Positions 29,857 through 39,693 of a stretch of DNA of 62,393 nucleotides are shown piece by piece. Source of the stretch: a bacterium (lineage in GTDB: Bacteria > Bacillota_I > Bacilli_A > Izemoplasmatales > UBA1188); assembly GCA_017960565.1 (NCBI GenBank), contig JAGCYY010000004.1:1-62393 (forward strand), given 5' to 3'. Every line of letters starts with the position of its first letter. The stretch's first letter is position 1. The notes below the pieces were generated by a model, which worked only from the letters and a program-made list of their open reading frames with translations, made no database searches and had not been told where the DNA came from. The translations under genes were made by a program, and so were the position numbers.

Positions 29857-30645
29857 TTATCCTCGTAACTCTTTTTTAGGCTTCATTTGATTAGCACTAC
29901 AATAAGCTACAAATCTACTAGGGAAAAATCTTGGTGCAAAACATGTAAGTTTATTCTTAAATCCAATTACCTTGTTTACTTTTCCCTTCATAGCCATCTT
30001 ATATCCATATTCAGCAACTTTTTCAACCTTCATCGGTTTAATCTTGTTGAATGTATAATGATTTCCAGCAACATTTACAAAATTAGATTCAAATGGTCCT
30101 GGATTAAGTGTAAACATATGTACATTAGTCTTTCTAAGTTCATATGCAACACTCATCCCAAAATTAACTATATATGATTTTGATGCATGATATGTCGACA
30201 TATATGGCCCTGGAACATATGCAGCAATAGAACCAATATTGATGATATGTCCTTCATCATTTTTAAGCATTTCATCAAGATACGCTCTTGTGAAATATAC
30301 TACAGCATTGATGTTTAAATTATTGATTTTAATTTGTTTGTCTTTATCCATATCTTTAAAATCACATCTATCGCCAATTCCCGCATTATTTACAAGATTA
30401 TTGACAAAATATCCTTTTTCGATTGTATAATTTAATAATTTTTGATATTCATTTATGTCAGATAAATCACATACAAAAGTATCGACAAAGACATCTTTAT
30501 TCACATCTTTAACTTCATCTCTAGCTTTTTCGATTCTTTCTTTATTTGAACCAACTAATAAACAGTTATTACCATTTCTTAAAAATATCTTTGCAAATTC
30601 TTTTCCAAGGCCTGATGATCCACCAGTTATAAGAGTTATTTTCAT
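29857..30645 (-). CDS. SDR family oxidoreductase (DltE-like)
   Basis: ITGGSSGLG, VNNAG, YHASK, PGP. SD GAGGA favours ATG 30645. Confidence 0.85.
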   Translation of the reverse strand: MKITLITGGSSGLGKEFAKIFLRNGNNCLLVGSNKERIEKARDEVKDVNKDVFVDTFVCDLSDINEYQKLLNYTIEKGYFVNNLVNNAGIGDRCDFKDMDKDKQIKINNLNINAVVYFTRAYLDEMLKNDEGHIINIGSIAAYVPGPYMSTYHASKSYIVNFGMSVAYELRKTNVHMFTLNPGPFESNFVNVAGNHYTFNKIKPMKVEKVAEYGYKMAMKGKVNKVIGFKNKLTCFAPRFFPSRFVAYCSANQMKPKKELRG

Positions 30646-30844
30646 ACACATTTTCCTCGCTCTAGAATGTATTATAGCACATCGCTAACCAATATATGAG
30701 TCGCAATAATATTGCACTCATAATTTTTTTATATTATTTTAGTTCATATTTAACACACTTAACATATAAAAATGTTATAATAATTTGGAATTCCATATTA
30801 AAAATATGGTTAACTTGTAATAAACTTAAAGAGGTGAATAATAT

Positions 30845-32530
30845 ATGTCAACAAAAGCATTTTACAAAACAGAAGAAATTGGAAAAGGAAAACCTGGTTT
30901 TTCAAAAACAAGATCAATCATTGAAGCAGCATTTTATGGCAACAACGTTGTTAAAATCAATTCATTAAAAGAAGCTTATAACCTTGCGAAGAATAGCCCT
31001 GGTACAATCGTTACTGATATGCCTATTTATAAACCTGAACACTTAGGCTTAGATAAAGACAGCAAGGTTTTATTATTCAATGATGGTTCTATCACTGGAA
31101 GATATGCTGCCGCAAGAAGAATCCAAGGTGAACCAAATGTAGACAATGATAAATTAGATAAAATTTTAATGGATGCTGTATATGATACAAGATATAAAAA
31201 GATGTATCATGCAGAAGCATACATCGGCTTAGACCCTGAATTTATGGTTAAAGCTCATCTCTTAATCCCAGAAGGACAAGAAAATTTATTATATAACTGG
31301 CTAATCAACTTCCAATTTCCTACAGACGAATACAACAAGATGTATGCTAAATCAAAACCTGTAGGCGATGGTTTAGAACCAGACATCTATATCTTCAGTG
31401 ATCCAGCTTGGGTTGGAGCACCAGGAAGTGATGTTTGTGATCCAAAATGTTTATGTTATTTCTCTACAGAGACTAACTGTGCCGCAATACTTGGTATGAG
31501 ATATTTTGGCGAACATAAAAAAGGAACTCTTACAATCGCTTGGGCAATCGCAAATAGAAATGGTTATGCATCATGTCATGGTGGTCAAAAAGAATATACT
31601 TTAAATGACGGAACTAAATATGTTGCGAGTGTATATGGCTTATCTGGTTCAGGCAAATCTACAATCACTCATGCTAAACACGATGGCAAATATGGTGTTA
31701 AAGTTCTACATGATGACGCATTCATAATCAACAGTGATACTTGTGCATCAATCGCACTTGAACCAACATATTTTGATAAGACTGCAGATTATCCAACAGG
31801 TTGTCCAGACAATAAATTCCTATTAACTGCCCAAAACTGCAGTGCAACTAAAGACGCTGATGGAAATGTTGTTTTAGTCACAGAAGATATTAGAAATGGC
31901 AATGGACGTGCAATCAAATCTAAACTTTGGAGTCCAAATAGAGTTGATAAAATCGATTCACCAGTTAATGCAATATTCTGGATTATGAAAGATCCAACAA
32001 TTCCACCAATTGTTAAACTAAAAGGTGCATCACTCGCCTCTGTCATGGGTGCAACTCTCGCCACAAAACGTTCAAGCGCAGAACGTCTCGCTCCTGGCGT
32101 TGACCCAAATGCCCTAGTTGTTGAACCATATGCTAACCCATTTAGAACATATCCACTTGTTAATGATTATCTAAAATTCAAGAAACTTGTTGAAGAAAAG
32201 AACGTTGCTTGCTACATCATCAACACTGGTGATTTCATGGGTAAGAAAGTTAAAAAAGAAGATACTCTTGGTGTAATTGAAGCAGTGGTTGAAGGTAAAG
32301 CTAAATTTGAAAAATGGGGTCCATTCAGTGATATTGAAATTTTCAACTGGGAAGGTTTTATTCCAAACCTCAATGATCAAGAATATATTGAACAATTAAA
32401 GGCAAGAATGCAAGATAGAGTTAACTTTGTTAAATCTAGAGAAACATTCAAAGGTGGTTTTGATAAATTACCAGCCGATGCATTAGATGCAATTCAAAAA
32501 GTAGTTAACGAAGCAAATTCATTAAAATAA
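30845..32530 (+). CDS. pckA: Phosphoenolpyruvate carboxykinase (ATP-type family)
   Basis: YFGEHKKG, CHGG, P-loop GLSGSGKST, LHDD, NGR, YIINTG. Confidence 0.85.
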   Translation: MSTKAFYKTEEIGKGKPGFSKTRSIIEAAFYGNNVVKINSLKEAYNLAKNSPGTIVTDMPIYKPEHLGLDKDSKVLLFNDGSITGRYAAARRIQGEPNVDNDKLDKILMDAVYDTRYKKMYHAEAYIGLDPEFMVKAHLLIPEGQENLLYNWLINFQFPTDEYNKMYAKSKPVGDGLEPDIYIFSDPAWVGAPGSDVCDPKCLCYFSTETNCAAILGMRYFGEHKKGTLTIAWAIANRNGYASCHGGQKEYTLNDGTKYVASVYGLSGSGKSTITHAKHDGKYGVKVLHDDAFIINSDTCASIALEPTYFDKTADYPTGCPDNKFLLTAQNCSATKDADGNVVLVTEDIRNGNGRAIKSKLWSPNRVDKIDSPVNAIFWIMKDPTIPPIVKLKGASLASVMGATLATKRSSAERLAPGVDPNALVVEPYANPFRTYPLVNDYLKFKKLVEEKNVACYIINTGDFMGKKVKKEDTLGVIEAVVEGKAKFEKWGPFSDIEIFNWEGFIPNLNDQEYIEQLKARMQDRVNFVKSRETFKGGFDKLPADALDAIQKVVNEANSLK

Positions 32531-32539
32531 GGTAAAAAT

Positions 32540-33937
32540 ATGGGCGTAAAAATTGTTGAAACATCACTCAGAGATGGTCATCAATCACTTTTTGCGACAA
32601 GAATGACAACTGAAGAAGTAGTCAAGATGGCTAAAATCCTAGACAATGCTGGATATTATGCAATGGAAGTATGGGGTGGTGCCACATTTGACTCCGCTAT
32701 GAGATTCCTAAATGAAGATCCATGGGATAGACTAAGAGAAGTTAGAAGTGTTTGTAAGAAGACAAAACTTCAAATGTTGTTCCGTGGTCAAAACATCTTA
32801 GGCTATCGTCACTATTCTGATGATGTTGTCGATATGTTCTGCAAAAAAAGTATTGAAAATGGTATTGATATAATCAGAGTATTTGATGCATTAAATGACT
32901 TAAGAAATCTAAAGAAAGCTGTTGAATCTACAAAAAAATATGGTGGAGAATGTCAAATCGCTCTTTCATATACCACATCTCCAGTACATACAATTGAATA
33001 TTACACAAAACTCGCCAAAGAAGTCGAAATGCTTGGTGCTGATTCAATCTGCATCAAAGATATGGCTGGTGTTCTTCTTCCAAATGATGCTAAAGAACTC
33101 ATCACATCTATTAAAAAGAACACCAAACTTCCAATTGAACTTCACTCACATTCAACCGCGGGTGTTTGTGAACTAACATATATGGCTGCGATTGAAGCTG
33201 GTTGCGATATTATCGACACTTGTCTTTCACCACTTTCTGGTGGAACAGCACAACCATCAACTCAAGCTTTTAATACAGTTTTAAAAGGCACTAAATATGA
33301 TCCAAATCTAAATTTGGACGCCATTCACGAATGTGAACCAATCATGGACAAGGTAAAAACTAAATATTTAGAAAACGGATTATTAAATCCCAAAGCTTTA
33401 TCTGTTAACCCAAACATCTTAAAATATCAAGTTCCTGGTGGCATGCTTTCAAATCTTATGAATCAATTAAAAGCGCAAAACGCTATGGACAAATATGATG
33501 AGGTATTAAAAGAGATCCCAAGAGTTAGAAAAGATATGGGTTATCCGCCTCTTGTAACACCTCTTTCACAGATGGTGGGAACTCAATCTGTTTTAAATGT
33601 TTTAATGGGTGAAAGATATAAGATGGTCGTCAATGAGATAAAAGATTATCTTCATGGCAAATACGGCAAATTCCCAGCTCCAGTTGATGAAAATATAAAA
33701 AAGAAAATCATCGGGGATGATGAAGTTATCACCGTGAGACCTGCTGATCTTTTAAAACCTGAATTTGAGTCTTTAAAAGAAAAATATAAAGATATCGCAA
33801 GATCTGATGAAGATGTGTTATCACTTGCTTTATTTGAATCAGTCGCAAGCGAATTCTTGATGAAGAAATATGATATGATAAAAGATGAAGAAGCGAAAAA
33901 AGATGATGAAATCATCTCATTCAATCTTATTTTTTAG
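32540..33937 (+). CDS. oadA: Oxaloacetate decarboxylase alpha / carboxyltransferase subunit (no biotinyl domain)
   Basis: LRDGHQSLFATR, WGGATFD, RGQN, KDMAG, HSH, VPGGMLSN, PPLVTP.SQ. Confidence 0.9.
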   Translation: MGVKIVETSLRDGHQSLFATRMTTEEVVKMAKILDNAGYYAMEVWGGATFDSAMRFLNEDPWDRLREVRSVCKKTKLQMLFRGQNILGYRHYSDDVVDMFCKKSIENGIDIIRVFDALNDLRNLKKAVESTKKYGGECQIALSYTTSPVHTIEYYTKLAKEVEMLGADSICIKDMAGVLLPNDAKELITSIKKNTKLPIELHSHSTAGVCELTYMAAIEAGCDIIDTCLSPLSGGTAQPSTQAFNTVLKGTKYDPNLNLDAIHECEPIMDKVKTKYLENGLLNPKALSVNPNILKYQVPGGMLSNLMNQLKAQNAMDKYDEVLKEIPRVRKDMGYPPLVTPLSQMVGTQSVLNVLMGERYKMVVNEIKDYLHGKYGKFPAPVDENIKKKIIGDDEVITVRPADLLKPEFESLKEKYKDIARSDEDVLSLALFESVASEFLMKKYDMIKDEEAKKDDEIISFNLIF

Positions 33938-33952
33938 GAGAATTAAATATTT

Positions 33953-34300
33953 ATGAAAATATATGCAATTCTTGATGGAAGTCAAAGTGGAAATTTCTCT
34001 GATGGTGCACTAGTAACACTAGTTGCTATTCTTATGGTGTTTATTATTCTCCTTCTTATCATAGGAATCACAACTCTTATTTTTAAAATCATCGGTCTAT
34101 TTGAAATGAAAGAAGAGATTGATAGATTTAAAAAGGAAGGATTAGATTCGAACGATGAAAATATTAAACAATCAGAAAAACTTGTAAAAAGCACTGAAAT
34201 AAAAGATGAAGATATGATGGTGGCAGTACTTGTTGCCTCAATCGATTATCAAAACGAAATAAAAGAAGATGTTAGACTTGTAAGTGTAAAGGAGTTGTAA
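33953..34300 (+). CDS. oadG: Na+-transporting decarboxylase gamma/delta subunit (OadG family)
   Basis: One TM helix (ILMVFIILLLII), charged linker, VAVLVASI motif; operon context. Confidence 0.75.
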   Translation: MKIYAILDGSQSGNFSDGALVTLVAILMVFIILLLIIGITTLIFKIIGLFEMKEEIDRFKKEGLDSNDENIKQSEKLVKSTEIKDEDMMVAVLVASIDYQNEIKEDVRLVSVKEL

Positions 34301-34303
34301 GAC

Positions 34304-34633
34304 ATGAAAATCTATAAAGTTAAAGTCAATGGTAAAGTATACGAAGTAGAATTAGAAGCTGTAAGTGAAACATCAGGAAAGATTGAAGATACTAAAAAAG
34401 AAGAAACTACTAATGAGAATTCGAAAGAAATACTTGCTCCAATAGCTGGTAAAGTAGTAAGCGTCAATATAAATGTTGGCGATAGAGTATCTAAAAACCA
34501 ATTGATTGCAGTTATTGAAGCTATGAAGTTAGAAAATGAAGTAGTATCTCCATATGATGGAGTAGTGAAAGAAATCAAAGTTACTAAGTCTAGCCAAGTA
34601 AATAATAAGGACGTACTAGTAATTTTAGGATAA
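34304..34633 (+). CDS. Biotin carboxyl carrier protein of the decarboxylase
   Basis: YKVKVNGKVYEVE, APIAG, EAMKLENE biotinylation motif. Confidence 0.9.
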   Translation: MKIYKVKVNGKVYEVELEAVSETSGKIEDTKKEETTNENSKEILAPIAGKVVSVNINVGDRVSKNQLIAVIEAMKLENEVVSPYDGVVKEIKVTKSSQVNNKDVLVILG

Positions 34634-34637
34634 AAAT

Positions 34638-35885
34638 ATGGGAAAGATTATTGAATTAATCAGCTCCTTTTTAGAATCAACCGGAATCGCTGCTTTCTTT
34701 GAAAATGGTGGTTGGATGAATCTAATAATGATATTTATTGGATTTGTCTTTATGTTTCTGGCAATCAAAAAAGGATTTGAACCATATCTACTTGTTCCAA
34801 TATCATTTGGAATAATACTATCTAATCTGCCTGGAGTAGATGTATTTGTTAAAGTTGGAATAAATTCATTAGGTGAAGCTATCACAGATTCACATGGAAG
34901 TCTTCTTGCTGGACATGAACTATCTGAGATAGTAGATTATAAATATTCAGGGCTTCTTGGATATCTATATTATGGTGTTAAATATGAAATATACCCTTGC
35001 TTAATTTTCTTAGGAATCGGTGCAACAACTGACTTTGGACCATTAATCGCTAATAAGAAAACAATGATCTTAGGTGCTGCAGCACAAGTAGGAATTTTTG
35101 TTGCCTTCTTCGGTGCACTTGTCCTTGGTTTTAATTTCTTTGAGGCAGGTTCTATAGGTATTATCGGTGGTGCAGATGGCCCTACCGCGATCCTTGTTTC
35201 AAGCAAATTCTTAGCACGTAGTGGTGGACAATCAATGAACTATCAAGCTCCAATCGCCCTTGCTGCATATTCTTATATGGCACTTGTCCCCGTTATATTC
35301 CCATTTATTATTCGATTGATGACAACTAAAAAAGAGCGTTCGATCAAGATGGAACAATTGAGAGAAGTATCTAAAAAAGAAAGAATTCTCTTTCCAATCA
35401 TCGTAACGCTTGTAGTATGCCTTATAGTTCCAGCCGCAACACCTCTAATCGGTTGCTTAATGCTGGGAAATCTCTTAAAAGAATCTGGAATAGTTCCAAA
35501 CCTTGTTCATACTGCATCAAATGCAATTCTCTATATCTCAACAATCGGCCTCGGCCTTTCAGTTGGTGCAACAGCTTATGGTCCTGGTTTCTTAACACTA
35601 GAAACATTAAAGATTTTCGCTCTTGGTATCTTTGCGTTCGTAATCGCTGCAGTATTTGGACTCTTAGGCGGAAAGATAATGTGTGCTCTAACTCACGGTA
35701 AAGTCAATCCAATGATCGGTGCTGCAGGTGTATCTGCTGTACCAATGGCCGCTAGAGTTGTTCAAAAAGAAGGACAAAGAGAAGATCCATCTAATTTCTT
35801 ATTAATGCATGCAATGGGGCCTAATGTTGCCGGAGTTATTGGTAGTGCAATCGCTGCTGGTATCCTAATGTCAATATTCTTATAA
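34638..35885 (+). CDS. oadB: Na+-translocating decarboxylase beta subunit
   Basis: EPYLLVPI, TDFGP, GIIGGADGPT, YSYMALVP, GVSAVPMAAR, MGPNVAGVIGSA. Confidence 0.95.
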   Translation: MGKIIELISSFLESTGIAAFFENGGWMNLIMIFIGFVFMFLAIKKGFEPYLLVPISFGIILSNLPGVDVFVKVGINSLGEAITDSHGSLLAGHELSEIVDYKYSGLLGYLYYGVKYEIYPCLIFLGIGATTDFGPLIANKKTMILGAAAQVGIFVAFFGALVLGFNFFEAGSIGIIGGADGPTAILVSSKFLARSGGQSMNYQAPIALAAYSYMALVPVIFPFIIRLMTTKKERSIKMEQLREVSKKERILFPIIVTLVVCLIVPAATPLIGCLMLGNLLKESGIVPNLVHTASNAILYISTIGLGLSVGATAYGPGFLTLETLKIFALGIFAFVIAAVFGLLGGKIMCALTHGKVNPMIGAAGVSAVPMAARVVQKEGQREDPSNFLLMHAMGPNVAGVIGSAIAAGILMSIFL

Positions 35886-35886
35886 G

Positions 35887-36612
35887 ATGTTAAAAATTAA
35901 TAAAATCATAGATTTTGAGTCGATAGATTCAACATCTAAATATTTAAAAGAAAATTATAATAATCTCGATGATCTAACATTCGTATCAAGTTTATATCAA
36001 ACAAGTGGTAGAGGAAGAATGGATAGAAGTTGGGAAAGCAATAAAGGAGAGAATTTGTTATTCTCTCTTTTAATAAAAGATAGAGAATTAATAAATAAAT
36101 TTTCATCTATCTCTCTTTTATCATCTGTGGTTATATTGAATGTTTTAAAACATAAATATAAGATTCAAGATGTATCCATCAAATGGCCTAATGATGTTTA
36201 TATAGATAATAAAAAGGTAGCTGGTATTCTTCTTGAAGGAATATCTATATCTAATAATATTCAATGTATTGTTTTGGGTATCGGTATAAATGTCAACCAA
36301 ATGTCTTTTGTGAATTCAAATGCCTATTCCATCTCACTCGCATTAAATAAAAAAATAGATTTATTGTCATTCAAAAATAGAATTTATGATGAACTCATAA
36401 ACGAATTATCGCTTCTTAAAGATAATAAATCATCCTATTTAGATGTGATTCGAGAACACAATTTCTTAAAAGGAAAAGAAGTATATGCGCTTATCAATAA
36501 TAATAGAACGTTATCTAAAGTTATTGATATAAATGATGATAATACCTTAAAAGTAGTATCAGATGGAATTGAATATAATCTTTTTTCAGATGAAGTAACT
36601 TTTCATTTGTAA
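35887..36612 (+). CDS. birA: Biotin-protein ligase (no HTH domain)
   Basis: DSTS, QTSGRGR, KWPND, KVAGIL, GIGINV. Confidence 0.95.
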   Translation: MLKINKIIDFESIDSTSKYLKENYNNLDDLTFVSSLYQTSGRGRMDRSWESNKGENLLFSLLIKDRELINKFSSISLLSSVVILNVLKHKYKIQDVSIKWPNDVYIDNKKVAGILLEGISISNNIQCIVLGIGINVNQMSFVNSNAYSISLALNKKIDLLSFKNRIYDELINELSLLKDNKSSYLDVIREHNFLKGKEVYALINNNRTLSKVIDINDDNTLKVVSDGIEYNLFSDEVTFHL

Positions 36613-36627
36613 TAATTAAGATTAAAT

Positions 36628-36661
36628 AAAAATGCCTAAGTCTCAAAACTTAGGCATTTTT
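36628..36661. terminator. Bidirectional terminator
   Basis: AAAAATGCCTAAG...CTTAGGCATTTTT. Confidence 0.8.
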
Positions 36662-36677
36662 ATACTATTTATCAATT

Positions 36678-38096
36678 CTATAATACATCTGTATCTAGAG
36701 AGAGAACTAATGGTATTGACTCATAATTTCCAGCTCTATAGATATATAATTCAACTGTGTCACCAAGATTTGTCGTAAGAAGAACATCTTCAAGTGAATA
36801 TAAATCGTTTACAGGATAAGAGACTCCATTATAAGTTATGTTGACGATGATATCTCCAACCATTAGTTTAGAATATGATACTCCACCATCAGTGACTTCA
36901 TTCACAGATATTTCTTGAAAAATTCTAGTTGTTTTAGTCTCTTTATCATATTCAGATCTGCTTGATAATACTTCAATTCCTATGCCAAGAAGATTCTTTT
37001 TAATTGTTGTGGCAGTTTCGCCATCACAAGTATTAATAATCTTTTTCGCAACCGCATAAGCTAGATTAATAGGTATTGCATAGCACATTCCTTCGATAGA
37101 TGTATCCACAGATTTAGCATTTACGATACCAATTAAATTTCCATCTATATCAAATAATCCACCACCAGAATTTCCTGAATTTACTGCAGCATCTATTCTT
37201 ATTTCACGATAACTTACGGAAGAACCACTACTACTTGATGAAGAAAGCGATATTTTATCATTTACGACAGATATAATACCATATGTAGCACTGATTCCCT
37301 CAGCCTGTGGGTTACCAATTGCGATAACTTGGTTTCCGACAAGAAGCTTAGATGAATCGCCCATGCTAGCTTTATATGCTCCACTATTTTTATAAATATC
37401 AGATTCAATTCTCAAAACGGCAATATCATATGTTGATGATCCACCAATATATTTTGCAGGAATCTTATATTTATTAAGCTCCATACCATATAATTTAATT
37501 AAAATATCGTTTGAGATAGGCGAGTCGGCGTTTTGATAATATACTACATGATAATTTGTGATTATATAGGCAACACCATTTTCTTTATCATCTTCAATAA
37601 TAACACCAGAACCAGCACTAGTTGAAGTAGATGTTTCAGTATATGTTCTTCCAGTCCAGAAGTCTCTATATTTTGAAGTTATAGTAAAATTACATAAAAT
37701 GCTTACCACAGAATTGAGTCCATAAGAAGTACCTTCTTGAATATTAAATGAACCTGCAGTTCCTTTTAGAGATTGAATAAAGTCTTCGAGACTGCCATTA
37801 AATATTCCATTTTCTTTCGCAAGATCATAAATAGATGTATACGCATTATTCTTAACTAAATCATTTAGCCATTCATCAAGCGAACCTTCATATCCATTTT
37901 CAACAGCGATTTCATATGCATTCTTTTCACGAACTTCTTGAGATTCTAAGTTAGTAATTTCTTGTGTGTTAGTGGTCTTAGTGGTTGGTTCATCGCCAAT
38001 AAAGCCAATAGAACCAAAGGAACATCCGACAAGAGATATACTAATCAAAAATATAAAAATAAGTGATAGAATTTTCTTAAGAATTCCTTTTTTCAT
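36678..38096 (-). CDS. HtrA/S1C-family serine protease, predicted lipoprotein, with C-terminal PDZ-like domain
   Basis: Lipobox LVGC; triad motifs TNYHVV, DIAVL, GNSGG. SD GAAAGGAAG favours ATG 38096. Confidence 0.85.
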   Translation of the reverse strand: MKKGILKKILSLIFIFLISISLVGCSFGSIGFIGDEPTTKTTNTQEITNLESQEVREKNAYEIAVENGYEGSLDEWLNDLVKNNAYTSIYDLAKENGIFNGSLEDFIQSLKGTAGSFNIQEGTSYGLNSVVSILCNFTITSKYRDFWTGRTYTETSTSTSAGSGVIIEDDKENGVAYIITNYHVVYYQNADSPISNDILIKLYGMELNKYKIPAKYIGGSSTYDIAVLRIESDIYKNSGAYKASMGDSSKLLVGNQVIAIGNPQAEGISATYGIISVVNDKISLSSSSSSGSSVSYREIRIDAAVNSGNSGGGLFDIDGNLIGIVNAKSVDTSIEGMCYAIPINLAYAVAKKIINTCDGETATTIKKNLLGIGIEVLSSRSEYDKETKTTRIFQEISVNEVTDGGVSYSKLMVGDIIVNITYNGVSYPVNDLYSLEDVLLTTNLGDTVELYIYRAGNYESIPLVLSLDTDVL

Positions 38097-38243
38097 GTTA
38101 GTCACTTCCTTTCATGACCTATATTATAAAACTGAATTGTGATGTTTATTTGATTTTTTTATTTAGATTCAGTTATTTTTTTATTTCTACTATTTTGCTG
38201 CTTATCTTATTCAAAAATTATACATAAAATATGATATAATTTT

Positions 38244-38690
38244 ATGAGAGAGAAATTGGCTATGATAGTAGAATTAAAAACGCAAGAAATGTTAGAAAAT
38301 TTTGGATGGAAACTTGGAAAAAGTCTTAAAGGTAACGAACTAATTGGTCTTAAAGGTCCACTTGGGGCAGGCAAGACTACTTTGACTAAGGCTATCGCTT
38401 TAGCTCTTAATGTCAAAGAAAATATCATCTCGCCAACATTCAATATTATCAAAGTTTATGACTCTCCTCTTGCGCCCCTTTATCATATAGATTGTTATAG
38501 GCTGGAAAATATGGGATATGATCCTATTCTCGATGATTATATCTTTGATGAAAATGCAATCAGGATAATCGAATGGTATAATTTTTTAAATGATGATGAA
38601 TTATTTAAAAATGCAATTAAGATCGAAATAAGTGTAAAAGAGGATAATACAAGAGTTCTAAATATAGAAGGTGACATATGTATAGATTAG
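38244..38690 (+). CDS. tsaE: tRNA t6A ATPase (start may be 38262)
   Basis: GPLGAGKT, SPTF, HIDCYRL, IEW. Confidence 0.93.
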   Translation: MREKLAMIVELKTQEMLENFGWKLGKSLKGNELIGLKGPLGAGKTTLTKAIALALNVKENIISPTFNIIKVYDSPLAPLYHIDCYRLENMGYDPILDDYIFDENAIRIIEWYNFLNDDELFKNAIKIEISVKEDNTRVLNIEGDICID

Positions 38691-39271
38691 TATTAGATAC
38701 GGCCCTAGATTATTCATATATCGCAATATTAAAAGATTATGATATTGTTTTTGAATCATATGATTTAGGCAAAAACAATCATTCTGAAACTTTATTTCCA
38801 AGACTTAAATCCGCTTTAGAAAAATTAAATATTAAACTAAAAGATATCAGTGAAGTTTATACTGGAATCGGTCCTGGTAGTTATACTGGTGTTAGAATTG
38901 CGGTTGTGATTGCCAAAATGATAGCGGCAATGAACAACATTAAATTATATTCATTCTCATCTCTTTCAGCTCTCGTTTCCAGCATGAAAAGTGAATGTTA
39001 TGCCTATGTTGATTCAAGAAGAGGCAATTGTTATACAGCTCATTTTAAATATGAAAATGGTAAATTAGTAAGACTCAAAGAAGACACAATAGAAGTTACA
39101 AGCGAATATTTTAAAGGAATAGATAAAGATATGATAATTTCATCTTTAAAGCCAGATCCAATCGCTTTAATTAGTAGTGATTTAGTAAATCTAATTGAAG
39201 ATGCTAATAGTTTATCACCTAACTACCTCCAACTTGTAGAGGCAGAAAGAATAAAGATGGGGCTCAAATAG
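38678..39271 (+). CDS. tsaB: tRNA t6A complex subunit
   Basis: LDTA, HSE, GPGSYTGVR, DSRRG. Confidence 0.93.
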   Translation: MYRLVLDTALDYSYIAILKDYDIVFESYDLGKNNHSETLFPRLKSALEKLNIKLKDISEVYTGIGPGSYTGVRIAVVIAKMIAAMNNIKLYSFSSLSALVSSMKSECYAYVDSRRGNCYTAHFKYENGKLVRLKEDTIEVTSEYFKGIDKDMIISSLKPDPIALISSDLVNLIEDANSLSPNYLQLVEAERIKMGLK

Positions 39272-39688
39272 ATGAAAATCGTGTTATTAAAAGATAGACC
39301 AGATCTATTGAATTCAGCTAAAGAAGTGGTTCTTAAATATTCAAAATATGATTATATAACTGAAGACAATTTAAATTATCTATTGTTAGATAATGATGAT
39401 GTAATAATAGGCGAGATAGATTATTCACTTCCATTAGGATCAGTTGATTTATTATACATCTATATAAAAGAAGAATATAGAGGAAGAGGATTATCAAAAT
39501 ATTTATTGAATGAATCAATAGAAGATCTTCAAAAAAAAGATGTCAAAGAGATTTTTTTAGAAGTTAGTAAAATAAATATAATCGCACTTAATCTATATAA
39601 TAAAATGGGTTTTCAAAAAATAAGTGAAAGAAAGAATTATTATGAAGGAAATATAGATGCCATCATAATGAAAAAGACTATAGGTTGA
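39272..39688 (+). CDS. rimI: GNAT acetyltransferase (RimI-like)
   Basis: YRGRGLS, LEV..N..A..LY.K.GF...RKNYY; between tsaB and tsaD. Confidence 0.8.
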   Translation: MKIVLLKDRPDLLNSAKEVVLKYSKYDYITEDNLNYLLLDNDDVIIGEIDYSLPLGSVDLLYIYIKEEYRGRGLSKYLLNESIEDLQKKDVKEIFLEVSKINIIALNLYNKMGFQKISERKNYYEGNIDAIIMKKTIG

Positions 39689-39693
39689 AAGAT

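Noticed and set aside
30696-30968. 90 aa ORF and short AT-rich palindromes (e.g. CCATATT-AAA-AATATGG, 30793-30809) upstream of pckA
   Set aside because: The ORF spans the promoter region and overlaps pckA out of frame. The palindromes are short, AT-rich and match no operator I can name.
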